Assembly (NCBI RefSeq): GCF_004010195.1
Contig: NC_057720.1
Coordinates: 18,014,425-18,078,424 of the forward strand
DNA from: Chiloscyllium plagiosum
Lineage: Eukaryota
Direction of reading: 5' to 3'
DNA: 64,000 nt
Translations under genes and position numbers: made by a program
Shown: positions 51,487 to 64,000 of the stretch, piece by piece
Numbering within the stretch: the stretch's first letter is position 1
Layout: each line of letters begins with the position of its first letter
Notes under the pieces: model-generated
The model's database searches: none
Told to the model about the DNA's origin: nothing
What the model saw: only the letters and a program-made list of their open reading frames with translations

Positions 51487-54400
51487 TATATTATAAGAGT
51501 CTGAGCAAGACAAATACCTGAAATATTGACCTGCTGAACTTGAGCACCAAGGTTTATTGAAAGATTAAGACCTTAAATAATTTGAAAGTCTTAATCTTTC
51601 TACTTTGTATTATCTTTAACTGTTAAAAACATTTTAATTACAAAGTGCAACAAGCTGTAATTTTGAATAACATTAGCAAAGATGTTTTACACATTTTTAA
51701 CTCTTTCACATAGTCTTTTGATAACATTAAATCAGGGAATATTCCACAACTAACTGAAAATAAATACTTATAAATATGATCTAGAATTTCTTCTAACAAT
51801 TGCGCGGCCAAGTAGTAAAGTAATATTGTAGGATACAGTCTTGTAACTGGGACTTCAGGTATTTTGAGCTTTTGATCTTGATTAAGCCTTTAGGGGCAAC
51901 CATTGTCACAGGATAGTATTATTTCAGAATAAACAGATGGTAATGATTTACCTTTGTGACCGTGTGTAAAACTGTCCATGGCTGTATAAATTGCCCCAAC
52001 CTGATTCTCCTCCGCATTTCCCAAGTAGCTTTCAGCTAAAATTGTAGTCAGTTAGATGCATAGATCAGTGAGTCTTGACCACAAATGGAAAATGAAAACA
52101 CGAGCAGCAGCTCATCAACAAAGCTTACAAAAACAAGGCCCCCTGAGACTGTTCAGTGAGTTGTTGCCAAGCCATTGCAAACCATGTGATCTCAGGTTTA
52201 ACTGATTAATGCTTAGTCATATTGAACTAATGCAAAAGTTACAATGGTCAAGACAATGCTGCCCCAAGGGCAAAGTACAGAGGTAGAAAATGCAGCAAAA
52301 TGAAATTCCCTACTATTGCTGCCAACCAGTGACTGATGGAGGTGAATGTGTGGGCATCAAGTGAGGGGGGACCTGAATTCAATTGTGATACCTTCCACAA
52401 CCTACTCTGCCTGTCAATCTACTTAGCTTGGTTCACATAAATCAGAGGGTGACCATTATGGGACTATAAATGATTAAAGTGAGTCAGTTAATACAGGAGA
52501 GGGAAGATGAGAAAATACAAAATAACTGGCAAAAACAACACACTGCTAACAAGTCTGCCCACTTTGACTGGAAAACCTTTGACCAAAAGTAGATGTTTGT
52601 GACTGGTACCAGAGATAAATTGCTAGCTTGACTTGACGTATATAATTTCACTACAAAATTGGCATAATATGGTCAAAAAGATATTGGGGTCCTTGGTTTA
52701 TAAATCGAGACGAAGAGTGGCACAGAACAATAGTTTTGTTAAATGTTTACTGCTTAGAATCTCAGCTGGAATGTTGCATCTCCAATTCTAAGCATCATTG
52801 TTAAGGAAGGTTGCAATAGTCTTGAAGATGGCAACCAGGCTGGAGAAGCTGGAACTGCTCTCCATAGTGGGGGTTAAGGGAAGATTTAATAAAAGCGCTC
52901 AAATTCATGAATGGGTTTGATGATACAAAGAAGAAGAAAACTATTTCTAAAATGCAGAGTAATATTGATGAAATATTGGCGAAAGAGGCAGAGCTCAGAA
53001 GTGACAACTTTGAGAAAGGAATTAGACAAATTTTTGAAAGGAAAAATTTGCAAGGCCTTGGAAAAACAGCAAAGCAGTAGAGCTAATCAGATAATACTTT
53101 CACAGAGTTGACACAGGCATGCAAGCTGCATGGTTTCCAATGTTGAAATATTTTATGGCTCGAAATTCAAAATTATAAAAGAAACAATGCACAGTCAATA
53201 ATGAGAAATTATCAATACTTGGCATTTGTGCAACAAATTTGCATCACAATGCATCATGGATTAAAATATATGTCCTGGATCTTGTGCAGCTTGCTTGTCC
53301 CAACTTGGGTGCACAACATGGGTGAAGATAATAGACTGCTTGATACCTCCCATGGAAAGAGTAATTAAAAATAAATAGATGAATGACCATGCTCATTGGC
53401 CAATTTCATGGCTCCACAAGTAGAGATCAAGGAGGAAGCTATCTGCCCACTTCTGCAATTACACTTAGTTGTGAATAGCAAAACCCAAACCAGATAAATA
53501 TCATGTTAACATAAATACTGAATGGCTGAAGAATTGAAGCCAGATAACTAAACCAGAGACTGGAAAGGATTGGTTGAGATGCTCGATTATCACCTCTCGG
53601 CTAGGGCAAGGATAGTCAAGTTTTTTTAAATTGGCCTTAAAATCATAGAAGGAAAATTATCTATGGTGGCCACTATGATTACTATTCAGCTGCCCCCACT
53701 AGAAACACATGCATTAACATTTGTTGAATGGATGGGGTGGGGGAGGAGGATGGAAACAGCCTCAGCAGTATCAACAATCTCCATTACATGACTGAAAAGT
53801 CTGATAACACTATCATTCAAAGCTTACAGATGTGAGAAACATCTTGAGAGGGGTATAGGATGGAGGTTGCCTAATGCCTATGAATCACATCCCAGCAAAA
53901 AGTAAACTCCTTCAGGAGAGCTTGGAAGGGGCAACGCTTGTTGAGAACATTTGCATTAAGATACATCTCATTTAAAACAACTTACTTGGTTTCCCATCAA
54001 AATAATCTATACTTCAATTCAACTTCTATTCACTGGCTAGTGCAGGATCATTTTTAGACATAGGATTGAATGCGTAAATTCTCTTTTAACACAAATTCAA
54101 TTCATTCTCCTTTTAACTATAATTTAGTGACATCTGGTAATCCTGCTCTGCTGCCTAAAAGTGTCTTAATTATGAAAAGTCACACAACTTGAAGTCAAAT
54201 TTAAAACAAAGGAATTATGGCCAATGGAATTAGCATGTAGCAAATGTTGCTTAACTGGCAACCAATTTTAAACTGACACTGCAACTATGACAATGAAAAT
54301 GACAGGAATGATAAATAAACAAAATACATCTACTGGAGTACGTTGAACACAATGGAAAAATGGGGAAAGGGAGATAAGATGAGGAATGTTGCTATCTCAT

Positions 54401-54557
54401 GAAGACGTATGTGAGTAAGTTCACAGAAGAAAGCTGCACTAGCAGATTTACATCAGAACCAGCTGCAGTTTCCAGAAGGCAAAATTTGTTATAAGAAAAA
54501 AAAAGTGTGTTACAGATAATGCAAAAGATTAACAGAAACTTAGATTTTATCACTTAC

Positions 54558-54653
54558 CTCATTTTTCAGTTCATCTATCTGATCCTTCAGTTCTCGAATA
54601 TATTGGGTGGAGTCTGAGTTGTTAAGTTGGCCTTTAACTTTACCCTCTTCTTT
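54558..54653 (-). CDS. EVI5: EVI5 penultimate coding exon (end of the C-terminal coiled coil)
   Basis: The minus strand reads ...ttttcttctccatttcag|AAAGAAGAG...AATGAG|gtaagtg. The exon is 96 nt, phase 0/0, and encodes KEEGKVKGQLNNSDSTQYIRELKDQIDELKNE, which resembles human EVI5 as I recall it (KEEGKIQGQLNKSDSNQYI.ELKDQIAELNHE). It splices in frame to the exon at 14571. Confidence 0.93.
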
Positions 54654-55899
54654 CTGAAATGGAGAAGAAAAACATACTACACTTATGCCTACATTTCTGT
54701 TAAATAAAAAAAACTATTTCATAAAAATCAACAAATAATTTTTCAAGTCGAACCTGTAACTTTTCCATAAAAGATTGGTTAACTTGGAAACAAGCAGCAT
54801 GATATTGATTCGACTAATTCACAACATAGAAGATTAAAATGGAACAAATTGAAAATTGTTCTGCCGTACTTGGACTACAAAGTTGTCCAAATTGAAACAT
54901 CTCATTTGTTATCATAATGAACAGAACAAAATATTGTTTGTACCCCCTCAGTGAAGCACATTCACCAACTTTGTGTGTGAGCTCAGTGCTACAGTTGTAT
55001 TTCACACTACAAAAAAAGTGCAGACACTCCTTACAAGGTCAGAACTAGTTCAATTTTAAAAAATTCTAGATTGCCAACATTTTATAATTAGCACAGTATG
55101 CTGTAATCTGCAAGTGGAACTGAAATGGTGCGTTATGCCAGAGGTAGTGGTATTGCCTTTTGAGATATATCAAAAGTAAATCCTTAAAATATATTCAAAA
55201 TTAATTTGAGACAATAGGTTGATTAAGATATTACCAATGATTGTGCTGTAATGAAATATATATTATGACCAAACTTTTCCTGTACATTGCACTTTGTGCT
55301 TTTATTCTTTTTCCATGTATAGCAAAGTTGAAAGCACCAAGTGTGGAAACAATTTGTAAAATTGCATGTTGTGCATATGTGCACAGGCTTTCAAAAACTT
55401 AATAAAAATATTTAGCATTTTAAGGTTCTCAATGTTTTTACTTTTAGTATCCCTTACTCAGAATTCTTGCGATCCAGTCTCAAAAGACTTGCAAAAATTC
55501 ACACTGCCAGAAAATGACTTCTCAGAGACTGGCAGCCATTTTGAAGGTGCTCTGGATATTGCTAATTCCTCTTCTTTACCCATGTTTTCAGGTGGGAATT
55601 CAGTGGGAAAGAGGAACCTCTGCAAGACTGGGAGCATTGAAATTTATCTGTGAAGTACCTTCTCTATATCAGAAGACTATTAGCACATAGGTACAAAATT
55701 GGTATCTCAGCTGTTAGGATAGCTATTTTGCAGTGATACTAACTTGCAGTTCATAAAGCTCTCTTACAGGAACTGGGAGAAAGTAAATTCTGAACCAAAA
55801 ATTCTGCTACATAGCTGCCATTCCTCTTGAAATATTACAATGAACTTTTCAACCTTACAAAATCATTTACTTGAGATAACAAGACGACACTGAGAGGCT

Positions 55900-56429
55900 A
55901 TATTTTGAGTTCTGCGTACAATTCTGGTCACCCTGCTACAGGAAGGATGTTACTGAACTGAAAAGTGTACAAAAAAGATTTACAACATGTTACTGAAACT
56001 GGTAGATTTAAGTCATAAGGAGAGGCTGGATATTTGGGACTTTTTTTCTTGGAGCATAGGAGACTTAGTGGTGACATTTTGAGGTTTATAAAATCATGAG
56101 GGGCATAGATAAGGTGAATAGCCAAGGTCTTTTCCCCAGCATAAAGGAGTCCAAATAGGTTTAAGGTGAGAGCGAAAAGATTTAAAAAGGACCTGAGAGG
56201 TAACCTTTTCACACAGAGGATGGTACATATGTGGAACGAGCTGCCAGAGGAAGTGGTAAAGGCAAGTATAAATACAACATTTAAAAGACATTTGGTCAGG
56301 TACAATGATAGGAAAGGTTTAGAGGGGCATGGGCCAAATGTAGGCAAATGGGACTAGTTCAGTTTAGGAAACCTGGTCAGCATGGACTCGTTGGGCTGAA
56401 GGGCCTGTCTTCATGCTCTATGACTCTAT
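55900..56429 (+). mobile_element. CR1 LINE 3' end
   Basis: LRGNLFTQRMVHMWNELPEEVV..FKRHL, with the tail ctctatgactctat. Confidence 0.9.
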
Positions 56430-59400
56430 CTTACCATTTAACGTGTGACAGTATTTTTGGACATAGCTCTGCATTACTGTCTGGAATAAAAACTACTGCA
56501 TACAGGCTGTTGTGTCAAGGTCATTGTTATATGCTTTATGGTGCACATGACAAGTGGTCATTGAAGGAAACCTCAAGATTGGACCAATCTGATCTTTATG
56601 TGAAAGAGGTATGGATCCAGAAGGAGTTAAAACATTCTGATTGGACATAGGATTTAAACTGTAGGTTTAAATCATCAAGAGAAAAAAAACAAAGTGAAGA
56701 GATATGTCAAGTCACTCGCACATCACTCGAGGAACATAAAAAGATTCCTCTAGTATTAACAGATTATCCACATTTGCAAGTACAAATGAGTTTCAATTTC
56801 TCGCTAAAGAAGCATTTTACCAAATTAAACTCAGATTCCAAACTCACACCTTTAATCTCAGACAAACTTTGCTGAACTGGGATTCATTACTTTCTCACTG
56901 ATATAGTGAATCAAATTGTGCTGGGGACTGCACAAGACTTCTGGGAATCAGTGTGGCGTTGAGGTTTTCCTCAGCTAACTGATAACAGAAAGCAGTTACC
57001 AAGCTTCCTAGTTGGAAACATATGGCTTACAGGTGCCAGTTCAACTGTAAAGAAATGTCAGAAGCTAGAAGTAATGACTTCCCTGTTTCTATGTATTTCA
57101 GGCTGCATTGAATAGGATTTCACTTTTATTTTTCCATAACACTGAGACGAAATGTTTCTCTCCCTGCCCCCAACCATGTCCCAAAGACTGATTTAAAAAT
57201 CAGATATATGACTAGACTGTGGACTAGATCCAAGGACTAGTAGATCTCATGCAGATTGCCACTCAAGTTTTTTTTTAATGAAAGAAGGGTGCTTTGCATT
57301 TCTGAGAAGAAATTATGCTCAAAAATGTGGATCCATACTTCCATTAGTTCTTTCAGGCCGGTCAGAAGTGAAACTAGCAGCCCTTTTCACAATAGTCCTA
57401 AATTTAAAGGCCCTAACAGCCACTTTGACAGGGGCTCTTCCAAGTAAGGAAGGTGCCAAGGTGCAAGGTAAATGATTCAGTGTTTAGGGAATATCAGAAG
57501 TGGTCCAACAGGAGGATGGGGACAGGTAACTATTTTACTTAATTTCATTAAAACATTACAAGGCACTTCACAGGATTGAAATCCAGCAGAAATTTACAAA
57601 GTCAGATAAGACGACATGAGGATAGGTGACAAAAGCCTTTCATAAGCAGCATCTTTAAGGAGGAAAAGAAGATACAGAGACAGTCACTTAAGGAGGGAAT
57701 TGCTGAATTTAGAACTGACAGCTGGAAAAATGGTCACTAACTGTGGAATGATTAAAATTAGACAGGCTTAGACCCACAAACGTCTTGTTATGAATTGCCC
57801 CGTACTGAGTTACCAGCTTTGGACGTATCATTTGGAGATTTGATTCTTGTCAACAAGAGAAAGTGAATGCTGTCGGGTGATACTTCAGAAAGCCAGTTGG
57901 TAGCTAGATTCCAGACTGAGAGACTCTTGGGAAGAATTCCTTCTTCTAGGGAAGATGACAAGTATGGAAAATTCATGCATGTGCCGACAGACATCTTCAA
58001 CTTCGTTTTTTTTAAAAACGTGAAAGTTTAACAAGCTGTTTTTTTCATTTCATTTTTGGTCACTACAATGTGGTGAAACCCCAAATAATATGAAAAGCAT
58101 TGCAACACATGACTGAGCCCTTAAAAAAGGGATCCAAACAGACATTTTGACTACTACTCTTAAGATGTTGCTTTTGGGAATTTAACAATTTGGAAAATGG
58201 CATAGCTGCTTCTTAACAGCTTAATCTGGTAAAACTTCACACAGCAGTTGGGGAGGGTTCAAATCCAAAATGACACGTATATGGGAACCTATACAGGGAG
58301 TCAGAAGAGAGATCAACAGGGGCACAAAAGTTGACAAAAGATTGGGAAATAAAAAAAGCAATAGGCAGAGAGTTCAATGGCAAACATCAAATAGGGTCAC
58401 AGTGTAAAATAATGTAAATGGGTCTTGTAAAGACAAGACTAAGGCCTTGTGCCTTAACGTTCAGAGCATTTGCAATAAAATGATGAATCAGTCGCACAAA
58501 TACATATAAACAGTTAAGATATTGTTGGGATTATAGAGACATGGCTGCAGCGCGAGTAGGAATGGGAACTGAATATCCAGGGGAATGCAGTATTTAGGAA
58601 GGACAGACAACAAAGAAAAGGAGGTGGGGTAGCATTACTGGTTAAAAAGATCATTAATGCAATAGTGAGGTAGGATATTAGCTCCAGTGAAATAGAATCT
58701 GCATGGATGCAGTTTAGAAACACCAAGGGACAAAAAAAAAATACTAAGTACATCCCCAAACCATAGTAGTAATATTGAGGAAGACATTAAACAGAAAAGT
58801 AGTGACAGAAATAAAAAAGGTACAGTGTAATTATGAGTTTGATCTGCATATGAACTGGACAAATCAAATCAGTTATAATAATGTAGAGGGAGAATTTCTC
58901 GAGTGTGTATGAAATGACTTTCTGGATCAACATGTTGAGGAATCAACTAGACAGCAGGCCATCCTAGACCGAGTATTGTATAAGAAGAAAGGAATAATTG
59001 ACAAGCTAACTCCGCAAGGCCCTCATGGGAAGAGCTACCATAATACAGAAATTCTTCATTAAGATGGAGAGTGATTTTGAGTCAGGTTCTGAATCTCAAT
59101 AAAGGAAACTACGATGGTATGAGGTGCAAGTTGGCCAAGTTAAGCAACATTACTTCGAGGGATGAACATTAAATGTCTGACATTGCTTTTAAGTAAAGAA
59201 TGCATGGAGGAACTGCAACAATTTTTCATTCTTGTTGGGCACAAAATTAAAGTGGGAAAGATGGCCTGAAATAGGCTAGTAACAGAAATTAAGGAGAATA
59301 TTAGATCGAAAGAATCGGCATACAAATTGGCCAAAAACAAAAAGCAGGCATTTGAAGCAGTTTGGAATTCAGCAAAGGGGAGTAAAAGGGACAGATTGAG

Positions 59401-59585
59401 AGGGGGAGATTACCATCAAGTGTCAGCTAGCAGAGGGCATACAAATTAACTAAACATTTCTACCGGTATGTGAAAAGAAGCAGACTAGTGAAGACAAATG
59501 TAGCTCCCTTACAGACAGAAATACACTATGTTATAATATGGAACAAAGAGGTGGAGGTCAATTAAATGCACACTTTGGTTCTGAC

Positions 59586-60265
59586 TTATAGAGTCATACA
59601 GCATGGATACATACCCATCAGTCCAACTTGTCCATGCTGACCAGGTTTCACAAACTAACTGGTCCCACTTGTCCGCATTTGGCCCATTTCCCTCTAAACC
59701 TTTCCTTTTCATGTATGTATCCAAGAGTCTTTTCATTGTTGTAATTGCACCCGCCTCTACCACTTCCTCTGGCAGCTTGTTCCATATACACACCATCCTC
59801 TGCGTGAAAAAGTCCCCATCAGGTCCCTTTCACATCTTTCTCCTCTCACCTTAAAAACATACCCCCTTGTTTTGAATTCTCCAACCTAAGGAAAAGACCT
59901 TTGCTATTCACCTTATCTATAACTCTATTAATTTGATAAACCTCTAAAAAGGTCACCCCCTCAATCTCCTATTCTCCAGTGAAAGTAGTCCCAGCCTATC
60001 CTACCTCTCCTGTCCTGGCAACATCCTGATTAATCTATTCTGAACTCTCTTCAATTTAATAATATCCTTCCCAAAGCAGAATGAGCAGAACTGTACACAG
60101 TACTCTAAAAGCAGCCTCACCAACATCTTGTATAACCTCAACATGACATCTCACCTTCTATACTCAATGGTCTGAGCAATGATGGCAAGTGTGCTAAACG
60201 CCTTCTTAACTACTCTATCTACCTATGACCCAATTTTCAAACAACTCTATGTACCTCAATCCCTC
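59586..60265 (-). mobile_element. Nested antisense CR1 3' portion
   Basis: WNKLPEEVVEAG..KRLLD on the minus strand. The tail tagagtcatacag lies at 59589. Confidence 0.9.
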
Positions 60266-60719
60266 GCAGCTCAATGTGTTGGTGAATCATAGGCCAGTTA
60301 GCCTAACATCAATAGTGGGGAAAATGCTAGAATCCAGTATAAAAGATTTAATAGTATCTAACTTGGAAAACAGCAACTGGATTGAACAGAGTTGGCATGG
60401 ATTTTGAATGGGAAATCGTACTTGACAATCTACTGGGCATTTTCGAAGATATAATTAGGAGTTGATAAGGGGGAGCCAGTGGATGTGGTTTACATGGACT
60501 TTCAGAAGGTTTTTGACAAGGTCCCACATAAGACATCAGCATGCAAAATTAAAACACATGGAATTGAGGGAAGTGTACTGACATGGATAAAGAACTGGTT
60601 GGTTGACAGGAAACAAGTCGGAAGAAAAAGCTTACTTTGAGTGGCAGCCAGTGACCCAAAGGGCTACTACAGGGATCAATGCTTGAACCCCAGCTATTCA
60701 TAATATTATTAGTAATTTA

Positions 60720-61001
60720 GATGAGGGAATTAAATATAATATCACTAGGTTTGCAGATGACACGAAGCTGGGTGAGAGGGAGAGCTATGAGGAGGATGCA
60801 GAGGTACTTCATTGTGATTTAGACAAGTTGAGTGATTGTGATTGAGACAAATGTATGGCAGATGAGGGAATTAAATATAATATCACTAGATTTGCAGATG
60901 ACACAAAGCTGGGTGAGAGGGAGAGCTATGAGGAGGATGCAGTGATACTTCATTGTGATTTAGACAAGTTGAGTGATTGTGATTGAGACAAATGTATAGC
61001 A
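60720..61001. repeat. 141-bp tandem duplication inside the CR1 RT region
   Basis: Copies at 60720-60860 and 60861-61001 differ by about 5 substitutions. AGATGA occurs at all three junctions. Confidence 0.93.
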
Positions 61002-61433
61002 GATGAAGGGGTTTATCCACTTTGGTAGCAAAAACAGGAAAGCAGATATTTTTTGAATTGTGATAGATTGGGAAAGGTGCAATGAAATTGGGTGTCCTTG
61101 CACAATAGCTGCTGCAAGAAAGAATGCAGATGCAACAGGTGATGAAGATGGCAACTGGTATGTTGATCTTTATAGTGACAGGATTCCAGTACTTAGACAG
61201 GGATGTCTTGCTGCAACTGTGAAGGGCCTTGGTGAGACCATATCTGGGAGTACTGTGTGCAGATTATGTCTCCCTTTCTGAGGAAGAATGCCCTGGCAAT
61301 AGATTTTATCAGACTGATTCCAGGGATGGTACTGACATAGAAAGGAAATTGGATTGGCTGTAACTATATTCACTAGAATTTAGAAGAATGAGGGAGACCT
61401 CACAGAAATCCATAAAATTCTAACAGGACTTCC

Positions 61434-61875
61434 TTGTCCTATGAGGAGCAATTGAGAACTTTGGGTCCCCACTCAATGCAGTTTAGAAGGATGAGGGGGT
61501 ATCTGATTGAAATTTACTGCATACTGACGGGCCTGGATAGAGAGGATGTGGACTTGATGTTTTCGCCAGTAGGAGAGACCAAGATCCAAAGTACAGCCTC
61601 AGAGCAAAGGGATGACCCTTTAGAACTGAGATGAAGAGGAATTTCTTCAGCCAGAGAGTGATGAATCTGTGGAACTGATTGCTGTAGAGGGCTAGGGAGG
61701 CTGAGTCATTGCAATTAACTCAAAGATACATAGGCTCTTGATTAGTCAGAGAATCAAGGATTATGGAGAGTAGACAAGAGAATGGAGTTGAGACTCATCA
61801 GCCATGATCGAATGGCAGAACAAACACAATGGGCTGAATTGCCAGATTTTGCTTCTATACGTTATGATCTTATGA
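61434..61875 (+). mobile_element. CR1 3' end inserted in or after the older CR1
   Basis: SYEEQLRTLG..RRMRGYLIE..FFSQRVMNLWN, with the tail ttatgatcttatga. Confidence 0.8.
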
Positions 61876-62719
61876 ACTAGATGGGGTAAACAGAGGAAGA
61901 ACATTCCCATGAACAAGTAGTCCATAACTGGAGGACAAAATATATTTTGGTCGGAAGAATGTAAAAACAGAATATTCTTTAAAAGGGTGAGAAATTTCTA
62001 AACATTGAAGTTCAGAAGGATCTTGGGTGGACCAGTCAAGGAACATAAGTAGTATGCTTTTTTAACTTACAGTTTCTACAAGGTGATAGGAGTACAAGAA
62101 TAAACTTACCTTGTTGCATTTGTATATAGCTTTTGTAATCCCACCTTGAATAATATGTGCAATTTTTGTCTTCGTATTTATGAATAATATATTTGAATTG
62201 GAGCAGTTCATCAGAAGTTCATGAGATTTGGGGTGAAACAATTGCCCCACAAGAGTAGACTAAGTAAACTGGACTTATTCTCTCTGGAGTTTAGAAGAAT
62301 GAAACATGATATAATTGAAATACAACTGGAGGAAAGCTAGTTTTCCAGTTCTCCAGTTTTTTTTGCTCATTCAATTAGCCTGCCTTCATCTCCACATGGT
62401 AAACACAAAGAGGCTGCAAAAAGATAGGTCCTTGATAAACAAGGGGTGCAAGGTAATTGGAGGTAGATAGGAATGTGGAGTAATCAGGATCTGGTTAAGT
62501 GACAGAGTAGCTTGAAGGAGATGATAAGCCTGCTGCTCCTACTTCATATATTCATGTTCATATGCTCACAGCTTGTATTCACACCTAGCTTTGTACCATT
62601 AGCAAACTTAGATGCATTTCTCTCTGTTTGTTTGTCTGAGTTATTAATTTAGATTATGATGTTGACTCTTAACTATCACTGGGCCATTAGGGATCAGCAA
62701 TAAACACTGGCCTGCCAGT

Positions 62720-62958
62720 GACCTAAAGGGCAATTTTTCATGCAATGGGTGGTGCATGTATGAATTGAGCTGCCAGAGGAAGTGGTGGAAGTTAATACAA
62801 TTACAACATTTAACAGGCATCTGGATGCATACATGAAAGAAAGGATTTAGAGGGATATGAGCCAAATGCTGGCAAATGGGACTAGATTAATTTAGGATAT
62901 CTGGTCGGCATGGACAAGTTGGGCCAAACGGTCTGTTTCCATGCTGTGCAATTCTATG
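62720..62958 (+). mobile_element. CR1 3' end fragment
   Basis: ELPEEVVE..TFNRHLD plus the same 3' UTR as 34321-34712. Confidence 0.85.
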
Positions 62959-64000
62959 TCTCAATATTCCCTCCAGATTATATACAGTACACATAATTCA
63001 CCACCGTGTCATTTAAAATTAGCTTTCCTGAAAATCTGCATTTCATATTTTGCTCCAATTCTAAATCAGAATGCCACATGTGATAATGTGACAGTTGCTA
63101 GCATTCAAGTGGTTTCAATGCCTCTAATTTCCAACACCATCTCTCACTAATATACAATACCCTTCTTTTTGAATATACTGTGAAGTAGTACTCCTACATT
63201 ACTGTTTGAATCATTAACCATATTAAGTTGTTATAAAGCAAATAATCATTCAGAAAAGTGTCCTTATAGCTCTGATTGCATCTTAATCTAGTGCACATTA
63301 GTAGTCTCATTCGATTTTAAAGTTGCACTCAGCGCATCTCTAATGAATGGGTTAAATACACTATCTTAGAACCTATGGATTCCTTCACTCTGGCTTGATC
63401 TCTTCTTGCACCACAGGTCTTTGCATTTGGTAAATGAAAAGGAAACCACATCCTATGTTCTCACAAGGTTTTCTATCTTCTGGATTCTGCTATGTGTTTA
63501 AATGGAACCTGCATTTATTTTCAAAGTCATTTTGTATGTAGGTTAAAATTTGATTTTACACTAACCAGCTACATATTTCATGAAGGTGAGGTACAAATAT
63601 TATATGCTACAATTTGTTAACTACTCTGAATATGAATGTTTTTTTTCTCACCAGTCCCTTCTGATATCCCAGAGGAATCTACTTTAGGTCTCCATCAGTC
63701 CCAACTGAATCATATTCAAAACGGTATCCTGGGGAAATTTATTTTGCTAACTTGCTGTCCACTGAGAGGAGAAGTGTGGGAGGTCATTTTAACACCCAAG
63801 GGTGGCTGGGTGGAGACTAAAATTTGGCAAGTCAGAAATCTATTCTCAACTCACCCTAAATGTGTCAACCTGTGGTTGAAACAGATATTTGAGAGTTAGG
63901 CAGCTAAGCAGAGGTGAGCCAATAAATTAAATACTCTAAATGAGATTGATTGCCTTGACTTTAAAAAGCTGTTAAAAAAAAAGTAGATTGTAAGTGCTGT

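Larger units (their letters stand above)
14572..54557 (-). other. EVI5: EVI5 last intron (~40 kb, GT-AG)
   Basis: Bounded by a canonical donor (gtaagt) and acceptor (cag). The joined reading frame is continuous (..ELKNE|IMCLKG..). Confidence 0.85.
58200..61430 (+). mobile_element. Old long CR1 (end of ORF1 plus ORF2) hosting a nested CR1
   Basis: LNVQSICNK, ETWL, GGGVALLV, AILD, NHRPVSLTSIVGKMLES, DFQKVFDKVPH and FADDTKLG motifs, with many disruptions. Confidence 0.85.

Noticed and set aside
15453..63899. Numerous 60-100 aa ORFs in the ORF track
   Set aside because: They are antisense or off-frame reads of LINE remnants, or chance ORFs with no recognisable domains or splice context.
54654..64000. 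Further upstream EVI5 exons
   Set aside because: I could not find another splice-bounded segment with EVI5-like coiled-coil sequence. The region is mostly CR1 and presumably intronic.

Overview
AT-rich, repeat-dense vertebrate DNA, almost certainly from a shark: it carries an HE1-type V-SINE and abundant CR1 LINEs, and a carpet/bamboo shark is plausible but only inferred. The one recognisable host gene is the 3' end of EVI5 on the minus strand. It consists of a 96-nt coding exon (54558-54653), a ~40-kb last intron, the terminal coding exon (14233-14571, ending ...ESFSTTV*) and a ~1.3-kb 3' UTR. The rest is mainly transposon debris: CR1 (one copy with an esterase ORF1 plus ORF2), a second LINE with its partner SINE, Rex1/Babar, RTE, a pogo/Tigger fossil, a probable solo LTR and several Penelope-like element (PLE) families. 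Most interesting are (1) a 1.24-kb inverted PLE insertion with a GIY-YIG domain and a minimal hammerhead ribozyme core, (2) five tiny PLE-terminus insertions, each with its own target-site duplication, whose truncation/inversion junctions cluster at the hammerhead, (3) candidate haematopoietic enhancer motif clusters in the EVI5 last intron, where mammals keep GFI1 enhancers, and (4) a possible unannotated in-frame 84-nt EVI5 cassette exon. No database searches were run; repeat boundaries are approximate unless a TSD is given.
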